64,000 bases of DNA from Vulcanimicrobiota bacterium (GCA_963795855.1 CAWCIZ010000001.1:32001-96000); one strand, 5' to 3'; numbered from the stretch's first letter, positions 10,538 through 21,646 are shown. Numbers and translations are program-made. The notes: generated by a model from the sequence alone, not told the origin.

Positions 10538-11300
10538 TCAGTCGCCGACGGGCAGCACGTAATTCGGCGGTGGAACGACCGGTTGTCCGACTTCGAGCGT
10601 GATGATTTGATGCGAGCGCAGCGGAATCTCGCGCAAATCGCCGTCGTACGGGCGCCCGTTGACGAACGCCGTGACGGTGCCGGCGAACGGCACCGACGCG
10701 ATCGCGGCTCAGTTGCTCGCCCCAGATGTCGAAAAACATTCCGAGCGTAAACGGGCCGCCTTGCGGAGCCGTCACGCTGCCCGACTCGACGTGAATGACG
10801 CCGCTCGGATCGTGGGTGTGAATCCAGTACAGGCATCCGCCCTGCGCGTTCGGGCTCATGCCGATGAACGCGGGAACTTGCACTTGCGTGCCGTGGTCGA
10901 AAATTGCAAGATGCGAGTGAATGTGCAGCACGACGCCTTCACTGGTTTGACAAGGAATGCCATCGACGTCTTGTCCGCGCCCGCCTTGCGCCGTATCTTC
11001 CGGGTTGCCGTGCGCCAGATCCGATTTGGGGAATCCGATAGCTTTGCCTACAGCTTGCAGATTCGCCAGTTGGACCGGCTTGCTCGTCGGCGACGGTCCG
11101 GGGCTCGGCGTGCTGACCGCAAACGCGAACGCATCGGCGCGCGCCTTATTTTGAACGTAGTTCGTGATGCCGAAGATGATAAACACCAAAACGACGACGG
11201 CCGCAAGGCCGATATAGATCGGCACCATCGGGTCGCGTTTGGGCGGCGGCGCGTTTCCTCCGCGAGTGCTTCTGCGTCGTTCTGCGCGCGAGTGACTCAT
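10538..11300 (-). CDS. Membrane-anchored His-motif protein (HIH...CLYWIHTHD.SG.IH.E), single indel near 10690
   Basis: N-terminal TM; removing one G restores ...VGPFAGTVTAFVNG...IPLRSHQIITLEVG...PVGD-stop at 10538. Confidence 0.75.
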
Positions 11301-11304
11301 CGAA

Positions 11305-12321
11305 TTACTGTACTCCTGCGGGCGTCTGCGCCGGATCGAGCCGGCGGCCGGGCACTAAGTAATTGCGGACGTAATCATGCACCGCGTCCGCGAGCGGCGT
11401 TATGGGCGCGTCGTAACCGGCCGCGCGCAGTCTGTTGATTGCCGCGCACGTGCAATACTGGTATTTGTCACGCAGGGTCTCGGGCATCTCCACGAACTCT
11501 ATGCGTTCGGGTACGTTCATCGCGCCGAAAATCGGGCGCACCAAGTCGAGCCAGGTGTGCGGCGCCCCGGAGCCGACGTTGAACAGCCCGTTCGCTTCGT
11601 GCTCCGCCAGATGCAGCGTCATCGCCGCTGCATCCTTGACGTAGATGAAGTCGCGCTGCTGCTCGCCGTCGCGGAATTCCGGGCGATAGCTCTTGAAGAG
11701 CCGAATGGAACCGGTCTCACGAATTTGATGGAACGCTTTGTCCACCAAACTGCGCATCTCGCCTTTGTGATGCTCGTTGGGTCCGAAGACGTTGAAGTAT
11801 TTCACGCCCGCCATGCGTGCCAGGAGTCCGTGATCGCGCGCGTACAGATCGAAGCGGTGCTTCGAATACGCGTACATGTTGAGCGGACGGAGGGCATCCA
11901 GATCTCCGTCGTCGCGCAAGTCTCGCTCGAGAGCACCGTAGGTCGCGGCCGACGAGGCATAAACGAAGCGCACGCCGCGATCGACGGCCCAATGGGCGAG
12001 ATGTTTGGTGTACTCGTAGTTGTTTCGCATCAAGTACGCCGCGTCCGTCTCGGTCGTCGAGGAACACGCGCCCATATGAAAGAGCGTAGTGACGTTCGCG
12101 AAAACGGCTCCGCGCTGCGCCAGGCGTTCTTCGAAGTCGCCGGCATCGATGTAATCGCGATACCGAAGGGGGACGAGATTCTTCCACTTTTCGGACGTGT
12201 CCAGACGATCGACGACGAGAATGTCGTCGATGCCGCGAAGGTTTAGCGCCCAAATCAGGGCGCTTCCAATCAGGCCGGCGCCGCCGGTAACGACGACGTG
12301 GCCGCGAGCAAGATCGTGCAT
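11305..12321 (-). CDS. hldD: ADP-L-glycero-D-manno-heptose 6-epimerase
   Basis: TGGAGLIG, FHMGACSSTTE, YASSAATYG, PLNMYAYSK, YFNVFGPNE.HKG.M. Confidence 0.95.
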   Translation of the reverse strand: MHDLARGHVVVTGGAGLIGSALIWALNLRGIDDILVVDRLDTSEKWKNLVPLRYRDYIDAGDFEERLAQRGAVFANVTTLFHMGACSSTTETDAAYLMRNNYEYTKHLAHWAVDRGVRFVYASSAATYGALERDLRDDGDLDALRPLNMYAYSKHRFDLYARDHGLLARMAGVKYFNVFGPNEHHKGEMRSLVDKAFHQIRETGSIRLFKSYRPEFRDGEQQRDFIYVKDAAAMTLHLAEHEANGLFNVGSGAPHTWLDLVRPIFGAMNVPERIEFVEMPETLRDKYQYCTCAAINRLRAAGYDAPITPLADAVHDYVRNYLVPGRRLDPAQTPAGVQ

Positions 12322-12387
12322 GACCTAGTCGCCTACGTTGCGGGGCCCGCGGCGCGCGGTCCTGCCCCGCGGTGGGTAAAGGAAAAC

Positions 12388-14263
12388 ATGCGAGCGGCCG
12401 TTCTTGCATGCCTTTTGGCCGGCGCGACACCGTGCATGTGTCGAGCAGTACCCTCGCCGCAGCCGTCTGCTAACCCCGTGCAGATACATGCGGGCGGCGC
12501 CGTGACCGTTGTCGACCAGTCCGCGTCGGGCCCGGGGACGGTCGTGCCTTTCTTCAACGACTCGCCGGATAATCCGCAAACGCCATATGAGTTTTTTTCG
12601 CAAACGCCCGGCTTTACCGGCAGCGGCGCCCAAGCGCAATTCCACACAAACGTCGACTACACGCACAAGAAACTGCGGTTCGTGCTGAATGCGGGCGCGG
12701 AATCGTATGCGGGCAGCGGTCCAAACATCCTGTTCCTTGGCGAGCCGATACTTCCGACGGCGAACCCGTTCGTGACCTCGCGCACGCAATTCTTTCATTC
12801 ATACCTCGGGATCTTGGACGAGGTCGGCGCCAGTCGCGCATCACTGATAAATGGCTCCGTCGGAGCGTCCGACGGCTCGTGGAACGTGACCGGCGGCTGG
12901 TTTTTACCGTCGAAGACGCTGCCTTTCGTTTTTACGCCGCCGCCGCTTCCCGATTCGCCGCCGGCGATTGCGCCGCAGCTGCCGGAGAATCCGAACTCCG
13001 TAGTAGCTTCCCTGGAAAACTGGAATGAAAATTGGCCCGCTTTACCACTGCAGGGCGTCGACGTTTCCATGCAGCGCGCGGCGTACTCGGCCGGGTTTTT
13101 CGACGGCGCGCTTCCGAACGTCTACGTCGATCCGGTCTTCGGAAATTCGGCGCGCGCCGAGTCGCTTTTCTTCGGCGTCCACGGCGGTCACGGCCACGAA
13201 TACGCGGTACAGGCCGTGCGCCTCAATCAAAATGTCCGCGGCGGCGTGTTTCCCATTTCGGCCGGCGTGATGTGGGGAGGCAGTCTGGAAACGGGCGTCG
13301 GACCGGAAGGTCCTTTGCCGGAAAGCGATGTGTTTGGCCAGCGCAGCACGATCGTCGGCATCTCGGCAAATGTGCCGCTGTCGCCTCGAACGACGGCATT
13401 AGCCGAATTCGCGCGCTCGTGGTTTTCCGCGCAACATTTCAGTGCGCCCGGGAGATGCAACGCCGGGAGGCTACTACCATCTGCGTATCGTCCGCGCGTG
13501 GAGTGGGCATACGCTTGCGTTTGACGCGTATCGCATGGACCCGACGTATGCGCCGAACGTGCTGCCATACGGCAACGCGGTCGATGTATGGCCGGTTGCA
13601 TGGGCATGGCCGGCTACATGGTTGAAATCGAGCTATCAGATCGTTGAGAACGACCAAGTATCCGTGAATAGGCAAGGGCTTCGCTTGACGTACGATTCGG
13701 CGTCGGGGCGCCTGCGTTATCGTCTCGGCTACGCACAGTTCGCGCAAGTGACGCCCTATGATGCGGTCACTGCAAGGCAGCCCGGCTTCACCGATCCGTA
13801 CTTCACGTCCGAGGACACCGCGACGCTCAGTTACCGCGGCACGCAACACGAAGTCTTGGGGTCGTTGCAGTGGAACGGACCCTGGTTGCAAGCATCGCTG
13901 GACCTCGTCGATGATTTTCTACGCCGAGCCGCTCCGCAAACAAACCCCGAAGAAGGCGTGCACATGGATTATCCGCAAGCGCTGGTGACGCTTTCGCATG
14001 CCGGCAAGAATGCGGTGTACGCGGCGGGTGAAGGCCGTTTCGCTCTCAGCGGCTGTTACGCGCTTTGCGAAACCGCTGCGGTTCAACTAGAGCAACGCGT
14101 CTACTTTGCGGGCCTTACTTTCGCGGTGGCACCGCGCAGTTCGTGGCTGTTGGAATGGCGCAGATACGTCACGGACGGCGTGCCGTTCGTGGATTTTTCG
14201 TCGCCGCCGGCATATACCGGAACGAGGGTAATTTTGGAAGAGCGCTTCACGCTGTCGCCGTGA
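12388..14263 (+). CDS. Putative outer-membrane beta-barrel protein, frameshifted near 13450
   Basis: Signal peptide; amphipathic beta-strand pattern across ORFs 12298-13524 and 13442-14263. Confidence 0.55.
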
Positions 14264-14287
14264 TGGCGTGAAGCGCTCTTCCGGCGT

Positions 14288-16638
14288 TTAGAACGGCGCG
14301 GTGAGCCGCAGAAGCACGTTTCGCCCCTGCGCGATCTGCGTCGTGTTGAAGCCGTTCGCGATCTTGATCACGTACTGGTGATTCAGCAGATTTTGGACGT
14401 CGAGGTTGAAGCCGATCGAATGATCGCTGCCGCGGCCCGCGTCCTTGCCGAAGCCGAGATCGAACGTCATGTGCGCCGGGAGACGGTCGACGCCCGCTTC
14501 AAAACTCACCGGATAGCCCGTGCCGTACTCGCTCTGCAGCGTCGCGTACCATGCGCGATTCTGCCCGAAGCGGTGCGTATACGCGCCGTTCGCCTCGTAC
14601 GTCTGGTCGTGATCCTCCGGCGCGAGATCCGCCGCGGTGAACGGCATTCCGCTGTTGACTCCGCAGTTGGGTATCGTCGTCGTGCCCGGCGGGCAGAAGA
14701 GGAACAGTCCGCCGGAGATGTCGCCGGCTTCGGAATGCGAGATGGTGCTCGATACGAACCACGAATCGCCGTTCGCGCGATTACCCTGCAGGCGAATGTC
14801 CAAGCCTTCATCGCGTCCGATTGCATTGTTGAAGACGGCGAACAGCGGCGTGTTGAGCAGCTGCGTCGTGTCCAAGATGTTCACGGCAGTACGCCGGAAA
14901 TAGTTGACGTAGCCGGTCACCCCCGGACGGAACGTGTGCGCCACGCCCATTTCGAAATACGAGTCGCGCTCGGGCTGCAAATCGTACGGAATGTTCGTGA
15001 GGTCGCAGCCGAGCGAAACGACGCACGCGCCGCGCACGTCTTCGAGTGCGGCGCCGCATACATTCGCCCGTAGTAGAAGTGCACGACGTTCTTGTCGTCC
15101 GGCGCGATGTTGACGCCGATTCTTGGGCTGATCTGCGATCCGCTGGTGAATCCGGTCGAGTGGTCGTAGCGCACGCCGTAGCTGACGCTGAGCGCGCGCG
15201 ATGGCGACCATTTGTCTTCCGCGTAGATACCGGTTTGCGTGCCCGGTTGCGCGACGGTCGTTTGCGACGTGGTGTACGCAAGCGGATTCGGCGAGCCGGG
15301 CGCCGCGATGAGGCTGCTCGCAGCGTAGTTCTCGCGGCTGAAGTCCACGCCTACTTTGACCGCGTGGTGCGCAGTCGCGCGGAAATCCGAGAGGCGCACG
15401 CCGGTATACGCCGCGCGCTGATCCTGGCTCAGGCCCGCTAAATACTGCGGATTCCCGTTGCCGTCCGGGACGTATGCTTGCACGTCGTTCTGCAAGTCGC
15501 CCTCGTACGCGACGCGCGTGTAGCGGACCCACGGAATGAACTGGAATATGCCGTTTCCGTCTTTGGAAACGTGCGTGAAGTTGAAGTTTGCGTACCGGTC
15601 GTACTCACGCTGCACGTCATCCGTGCCGGGCAGGCTGACCTGCGGATCGACCGGGTTATTCGGGTCCGTGTTTATCGGAATCTGAAACTGCGCCAATTGG
15701 TTCGAAAAATCGAACGCGAGCGAATTCTGCGTGCCGAACGAGGCGATGTAACGCAGAAACTGATCCGACTGCGACGAATTGTCGTGGATGGGCGCGTAGG
15801 TCGGCGTATCAAGACCGCGATTGGTCGTCTGCGCGTTGGCGTTGAAGAAAAGTTCCGAGCTCGGCGTGAGTTTGAGGGCTTCGTCGAAGCTCGTCATGCC
15901 TTGCCCGTAGTTTCCGCCGCCGATCGTGAACGCGCCTTGCTCCGGACGCTGCAGATCCGCCAGGCGATTCGTTTGAATGTTGACTACCGCGCCCATGCGG
16001 CTTCCGCCGTATTCCGCCGGGAACGCTCCGGTGAACACTTCGAGTGAATCGATGTTTTTCGGATCGATCATTTCGGCGAAATTCGACGTGGTCGCCTGCG
16101 GAATCGGCGCGCCGTCGATTTCGTACGTCAAGCCGTGGAAGCCGTTCGCGACCGGCTCGTTGTAGGAAAACTTGACGATGCCGGGCACCGTCTGTACGAG
16201 ATTGTTCAGACTGTTGTTCGTGGGAAGCGCCGCCAACTGCTGGCGTGTAAGGACGTTTTGCGAAATCGGCGTACCCGACGCGCCCGCGCGCGAGAGAACG
16301 TTGGCGCTCGCAATCGTCTTGAGTTCGCCGAGCGCGAAATTGATCGTGAGCACCTGATCCGAGGCAACCGTGATGTCCACTTTCTTTTCGGCGACGCCTG
16401 GATACGACGCGGAAAGCGTGTAGCTGCCGAATGGAACCTCCGAGAAAACGTAGGCGCCTGCGGAGTCCGTCTTCGATCGGAGCAGCGAGCCTTCACCGCT
16501 GAGCGACAAGGCGACGCCGGCTTCGGGTTTGTTATTGACGAGAATCGTACCGCGAACTAAGCCGGTCGTGGCCGCCACGGCCGGAAGCGCGGATAAACAG
16601 AGAAGAGCGGCAAACGCCGCCGCGATGATTCGGTACAT
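14288..16638 (-). CDS. TonB-dependent receptor with N-terminal carboxypeptidase-regulatory-like domain, frameshift near 15050
   Basis: Plug motifs (TVPGI, IDG.P, IDSLEV.TG.FPAEYGG...AVVNI), SPRIG, LDVQNLLN and C-terminal Phe. Confidence 0.9.
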
Positions 16639-16642
16639 GGGA

Positions 16643-16686
16643 CCTTCCTAAAAGCGTGAAGTGGGAGATGTCGCGTTTAGGAAAGG
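16643..16686 (-). promoter_or_regulatory. Hairpin pairing the end of the upstream ORF (CUUUCCUAAA) with the receptor SD (UUUAGGAAGG)
   Basis: Plus strand ccttcctaaa 16643-16652 versus tttaggaaagg 16676-16686. Confidence 0.7.
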
Positions 16687-17183
16687 GCCGGCGGCGGCCG
16701 GGAAAACAGCGCGAAGCGCACGATCGTGCGCCGCACCGCGGGACGGCGTGAAATGAAATCCGCAAAAAACGCTGACGGCGAGCGTCTCACCGGCGACGAG
16801 AGCAGCGATGCGACGGTCGATACGGTCAGCGCAAATGCGCGCAGCACGACGGTAACGACGGAAGCCGCAACGGCGACGGTTACCAGGCAAAGCAGCAGCG
16901 GGATCGCATGCGGCGATTCGAGCGCTTCGAGCGCGGCCAACCAAGCGGCGGCGCTAAACGCAAGCGGCACGAAACGGGGCAAACAGTGCAGCCGGCGCAC
17001 CGCCCCGACCGCGGCCCATAGCGAGCCAGCGAAAGCAAAGCCGAAGGCCAACCCAAGCGAGGCCGAATGCAGCGAGCCGCCGACGGTGTGTTCCGCGCCG
17101 AAGACCAGCGTGTGCGCAAGCAGCGCTGCCGGCAGTCCCAGCAGCAGCGAAACGCCGGCATTTCGTGCGGCGCTCAGTCTCAC
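16677..17183 (-). CDS. Polytopic membrane protein with His residues and C-terminal RPPP (candidate arrest peptide)
   Basis: GTG overlaps the MCO stop (GTGA); about 4 TM helices; LAH...H..GG..H; ends FSRPPPALS. Confidence 0.7.
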   Translation of the reverse strand: MRLSAARNAGVSLLLGLPAALLAHTLVFGAEHTVGGSLHSASLGLAFGFAFAGSLWAAVGAVRRLHCLPRFVPLAFSAAAWLAALEALESPHAIPLLLCLVTVAVAASVVTVVLRAFALTVSTVASLLSSPVRRSPSAFFADFISRRPAVRRTIVRFALFSRPPPALS

Positions 17184-18607
17184 GGCCGGTACACGACCTC
17201 CGTCATCATGCCGTCCATCATATGGATTTCGTTGTGGCAGTGCAACAGCCAACGTCCGGGCGGAGAATCCGCGCGGAATTGCCACGTGGCCGTACCCCCG
17301 TTCGCGCGTACGAGCGAGGTATCTTTGGGCAGGGGGCGGGCAAGCTGCGTGCCGTCGACCTCAGTAAGATGAAAGACGTGACCGTGCAAGTGCATGGGGT
17401 GATCCATGTCGGTCTTGTTGTGGAAGCGCACGGTTATGGTATCGTCGCGCTGCACGAAAATCTTTGCGGTATTCGGATAGGTTTTACCGTTAATCGTCCA
17501 CTTGTTGCCGGCGTATTCGCCGCCGCCGAGCGTGAAGGCGTAATGCTGCCGTCCCGCAATCGGAGCAACGGTACCGGTTCGAAGTCCGCCGGCTTTTTCG
17601 TACGTGAAATAATCGACGCCCTCGAGCGATTGACTCGCAGCCTGAGGCGATGCGTGCTCCATCCCTTCCGTATACATCACCGCAGCCTGCTGGTACGCGA
17701 GCGGATCGCTCGATACGCCCTGCAGCAAGAATGCGCCGGGCTTGCGAATATCGACGTACGCGTCGTAACGTTCGGCTACTCCGACGCGCAGTGCGTCGAC
17801 CTCCAACGGCTTCTCGAGGCGATTGCCGTCCGCATGCGTGACCGTGAGGCGATGACCGGCTAGGCGAACGTACCGGGTTTGCGTCGGATTTGCGTTGAGA
17901 ACGCGAAGACGAACGCGGTCGCCGGCCTTCACCGCGAGCTTGCGCGTGTTCGGATACGACGCACCGTTGATGCAGTGCGCGACGTAGGCAACTTCGTCGC
18001 CCATTTTGTCGTTCGGCTGCATCTGCGTCATTTCGGGCGACCCGATCGGGTCGACCATCGGCGCGTTGCTGGTGCCCATCATTGCCGCTTGTATCGTGTT
18101 CAACTTCGGAACGTCGTGAAAGACGAGCGCGAACTCCTTATCGGCGGGCTCGTCGTTCGGATCGTCGACGATAATCAAACCGAACAAACCGCGGGCGATG
18201 CCGTCGCTTACGTGATCGTGATACCAGCGCGTGCCGCTGGGACCCGGCGTGAACTCGTACAAAAACGATTCGCGGTCCGGCACGGCGGCTTGCGTCACGC
18301 CTTCGACGCCGTCCATCTTGTTCGGCAGAATCATGCCGTGCCAATGAATCGTGGCCGGTTCGCCGCTGTTGTTGACGAATTTTGCGCGCAGCCGCTGGCC
18401 GCACGCGATCCGCAGAACCGGACCGGGTATCGAGCCGTTGTACGCGAGGCCGGCAAAATCCACGCCCGGAACCGGCGAGAAACTGAGCGGCGCCGCCGTG
18501 AGCGCGTAATCAACGCTGTCGCTCGCGAGTGCGCGACGTGAAAGCGGCGGCAAAGCCGCCGCCAGCATCGCGCCGCCGCCCGCGAAGAGAAAGCCGGATC
18601 GGCGCAT
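17180..18607 (-). CDS. Tat-exported three-domain multicopper oxidase
   Basis: MRRSGFL Tat signal; IHWHG, WYHDH, HPMHLHGH, HCHNEIHMMDGMM. Confidence 0.95.
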   Translation of the reverse strand: MRRSGFLFAGGGAMLAAALPPLSRRALASDSVDYALTAAPLSFSPVPGVDFAGLAYNGSIPGPVLRIACGQRLRAKFVNNSGEPATIHWHGMILPNKMDGVEGVTQAAVPDRESFLYEFTPGPSGTRWYHDHVSDGIARGLFGLIIVDDPNDEPADKEFALVFHDVPKLNTIQAAMMGTSNAPMVDPIGSPEMTQMQPNDKMGDEVAYVAHCINGASYPNTRKLAVKAGDRVRLRVLNANPTQTRYVRLAGHRLTVTHADGNRLEKPLEVDALRVGVAERYDAYVDIRKPGAFLLQGVSSDPLAYQQAAVMYTEGMEHASPQAASQSLEGVDYFTYEKAGGLRTGTVAPIAGRQHYAFTLGGGEYAGNKWTINGKTYPNTAKIFVQRDDTITVRFHNKTDMDHPMHLHGHVFHLTEVDGTQLARPLPKDTSLVRANGGTATWQFRADSPPGRWLLHCHNEIHMMDGMMTEVVYRP

Positions 18608-19277
18608 CAACTTCCGACCGTGAGCGGTACGTCCAGCGTCTTTCCGTCGTAGTTTACGCGCACGGTCCACGGACCACCCATCGAGAAGACGATCCGCCCG
18701 GTAAACACGTGCGGATCCGCCGCGCTGGGGCGAAGTTTCACCTCCCGCGTCTGCATGCTGCCGGTTCCCATGCGCATGATCGGAAGAACGCTTACGCTCT
18801 TGGGAGGAGTTCCGGGAAAGCGAATCGTGATTGCTGCGACGTCCGTCGGCGTCGCGGGATCGATGGAGACCACCGGCTGCGCGTTGTTCGCTCCGCCGTC
18901 TAGAGCGGACAGGTACGCCACGATGTCGCTGACTTGCGCGGGAGCGAATCCGAAGTTCGGCATCGGCGCGCGTGGATGCACGATGAAGTCTGCAATCCGA
19001 TCGGCAGTGAGGCGGTGCTCGATTCCGTAGAGTTTCGGTCCGACGGAGCCGCCCATCAAACGCACGCCATGACATCCCGCGCATCCGCTCGCCTGAACGA
19101 GCTTCGCGCCCGCGTTCGCATCACCGGCGTTCGAGTCGGCCGGCGTCGCATCCGCCGCAATGCTACGGTACGGCGTCATGCCGGGGAACGTGGCGTGACG
19201 CGTTTTCGCGGAGATCGCCAAAACCGCGACTGCGACGGCGCACGCTGCGCGCGCGCCCGTAAGAAGCCTTGCTTCAA
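18607..19277 (-). CDS. Monoheme cytochrome c fused to a FixH/YtkA-like Ig domain; probable indel in the signal peptide
   Basis: CAGCH, GP.L, PMPNF (Met ligand); C-terminal FSMGGPWTVRV; GGAGG SD before TTG at 19277. Confidence 0.8.
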
Positions 19278-19363
19278 AAAGGACCTCCGATTGGATTAAA
19301 CGCCGGCTGGCATGAGGCAGAAGCGGCTATCCAATCGGAAGACGCTCGCGACCTGCCGGCCCT

Positions 19364-20242
19364 TCACTGGCGCAGCGCGAAATACACACCGGGCAAATGC
19401 GCCGAATTCGGGTTGCCCGTACCGATCTCGATCCAAATCGCTTCATGGGAGTAGAGCGGCATGGTGTGCGGATCGGACGTCCACAGTTTGTACTGGCTGG
19501 CGCCGATCTCGCACGAGACGACGGTGGAGCACGGCACCGTGGCCGAGTTTCCGGACGTATACACCGTCACCGTTCCGTGGTACGGGCCGAATTGCGTCGA
19601 ATTCACCTTCACGCCCCAAATATCGAAAAGGTTTCCCAGCGTGAAAAGCGATTTCGTAATCGGCGCGTGCGTGGGATTCGGATCCTCCATGTGAACCAGA
19701 CCGCTGGCATCGTGCACGTGGACGTGGTAGAAGCATTCGCCGTAAATCTCTTCGTTCGACCAGCCGGAGTATTTGTCGTACTGATCGCCTGCCGCGCGGA
19801 CGATACCGACTGCGTCGGGGAGCGCGAGTTCCTTGCCGGTGGCATAAATGCCGACGAACGCGTGAATGTGATAGTTGTTCGACATCGTGGGATCGCACGA
19901 AATGTTGTCGACCTTATTTCCGGTCGGGCCTTGGCCGCCGCCGCCCGGTTTCGCTCCCGGATCGGCCGGCATCAAATCGCCGTCGTACTGTCCGGAAGCC
20001 GGCTTGTTATCGGCGTCGTTGTTGCTCGTTCGGAACGAGTTGTCCAGGCCGTTGATCTTGCCTTGACCCGCGGTTCGCCACGTGTACGCGAACGGTGTCG
20101 GTGCGGGCGAGGCGGCCGTCGACATCGCGTTGCGTGTTTGCGGGACGACCGATGGAACCGGTTGCGTCTGGCGCCCGGAACATGCCGCGAACACTCCGAG
20201 CGTCAGCGCGCCGAGCGGAATAAGAGCGGATTTGCGCAGCAT
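19364..20242 (-). CDS. His-motif lipoprotein (paralog of 10538-11300)
   Basis: FAAC lipobox; YHIHAF, CFYHVHVHDASGLVHME, FTLGNLFDIWG, PLYSHE. Confidence 0.8.
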   Translation of the reverse strand: MLRKSALIPLGALTLGVFAACSGRQTQPVPSVVPQTRNAMSTAASPAPTPFAYTWRTAGQGKINGLDNSFRTSNNDADNKPASGQYDGDLMPADPGAKPGGGGQGPTGNKVDNISCDPTMSNNYHIHAFVGIYATGKELALPDAVGIVRAAGDQYDKYSGWSNEEIYGECFYHVHVHDASGLVHMEDPNPTHAPITKSLFTLGNLFDIWGVKVNSTQFGPYHGTVTVYTSGNSATVPCSTVVSCEIGASQYKLWTSDPHTMPLYSHEAIWIEIGTGNPNSAHLPGVYFALRQ

Positions 20243-20407
20243 AGCATCCTCCACGTGCGAAGCGATGCTCCATGGTAGCGGCTTTGGGATTATCCGGTAG
20301 AGGCCCAGGCAGGGACTGCGCGTAGGGCCAAACAGGCTTGCCTGCCTTCTGGTGCATGGAGAGGCGCAGTGCCAAGCAGCCCTGCGCCTCTTCCTATATG
20401 CTCGGCG

Positions 20408-21427
20408 TTACCACTGCTCGATAGAAGGCGACGTTCGGCAACGACGACCCGGTCGAGATTCCCGGCGCCCACGTCGACGAAAATCACCTCGTGCGAGTAC
20501 AGCGGTATCGCGTTGGGATCGCCGGTATACAGCGAGTAGTGGTTGGAGCCCACCTCCGAGTTACTGCCTGGACCGCCCCTCGCGACCGGTCCGGACGTGT
20601 ATATCTGCACGAGCCCCGTCATGATCGGCGCGCCGTTCGAATAAATGCCGGTCGGCATGATCTGCACGCCCCATTCGGTGAGAAAATCGCCGAGCGTGAA
20701 GATCGACATATTGCACGGCGTGGCGTTCTTTGTGAATCCGCCGCAGTCCGGACCCGTGGATTCGACGTGGATGACGCCGCTTGCATCGTGTGTGTGCATC
20801 TCGTAGAAGCACTGCGTTGCATAGTTGGTCCAATTGTGGATCGTGATGCCGTTGATCGGCAGGTCGCCGTCGCCCTCAGGCTCCGCCATGCCGATACCGT
20901 CCGAAAGCGCGACCGCGGAACCGTTGTTGTAAAAGCCGAGAAACGCGTGCACATGATAGTTATCTGGCATGCTCGCAAGACACGGTACCATGTCGCCCTG
21001 CGGTCCGGTCACTGAAGTATTTACGGGGCCGTGTCCGCCGCTGGGATAATTGCCGTCATTCTTATCTTGCGCCTTCGGGCTGCCGGCGAATACGGTGTCG
21101 TCGCCGTTGAATCTGTCCCGAGCCGACGCTGTACACCAGTTTCTGGTTCGCGGTAGGCGTCGCGTTCGGGGTCGGAGTCGTGACCGGCGTCGCCGTAGGC
21201 TTCGGCGTCTGCGTTTGCACCGGAGTCGGCGACATAGTCGGACTCAGAGTCGGCGCGGGCGTCGTGCTCGTTGTCGCTGTGGGTCCGGGCGAACCCGTGG
21301 GATGGCTGCTCGGCCCCGGATTCGTCGTCGGGACCGGTGGTGCGCTGCCGCCTCCGCCTCCGCAGGCGGCGAGAATGGTGAGTGCGGTAAAACAGGCAAA
21401 AGCCGTTAGAGTCCCAACGCGACGCAT
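20408..21427 (-). CDS. His-motif lipoprotein (third paralog), several indels
   Basis: LAACGGGGG lipobox and PT linker (21062-21427) continuing into YHVHAF, CFYEMHTHDASGVIHVE, FTLGDFL.EWG, IPLYSHE (20290-21012). Confidence 0.7.
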
Positions 21428-21543
21428 CTGTCTCTCCAGTTGGACGTGTTGCGTCCATGGTAGCGGGAGTCAGGCGCAGGCTGGAGGTCCACCGGGGGTC
21501 GCGGCACAGGGTCGAAGCGCGGCGGTCTAGGGACCTTCGGGCC

Positions 21544-21569
21544 GGAACCGCACCCCTGGAGACGGGGTT
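21544..21569 (+). promoter_or_regulatory. Candidate ECF (SigH/SigR-type) promoter GGAAC-N18-GTT
   Basis: ggaac 21544-21548, 18-nt spacer, gtt 21567-21569, upstream of the ymdB operon. Confidence 0.4.
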
Positions 21570-21646
21570 GTTAAGTCGTGAAAGCACAAGGGGTGGCCTT
21601 GAGGCGGCGTCTAATAGACGGGACCCCCCGCCCGTAAAACGGGGAT

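Noticed and set aside
9978..11300. 440-aa fusion of His-motif protein and GNAT
   Set aside because: One extra G near 10690 causes the read-through; the corrected frame stops at 10538 and the GNAT has its own GTG
17180..18607. Multicopper protein as NirK supplying NO
   Set aside because: It has the four laccase-type His motifs in a three-domain layout, not the NirK pattern
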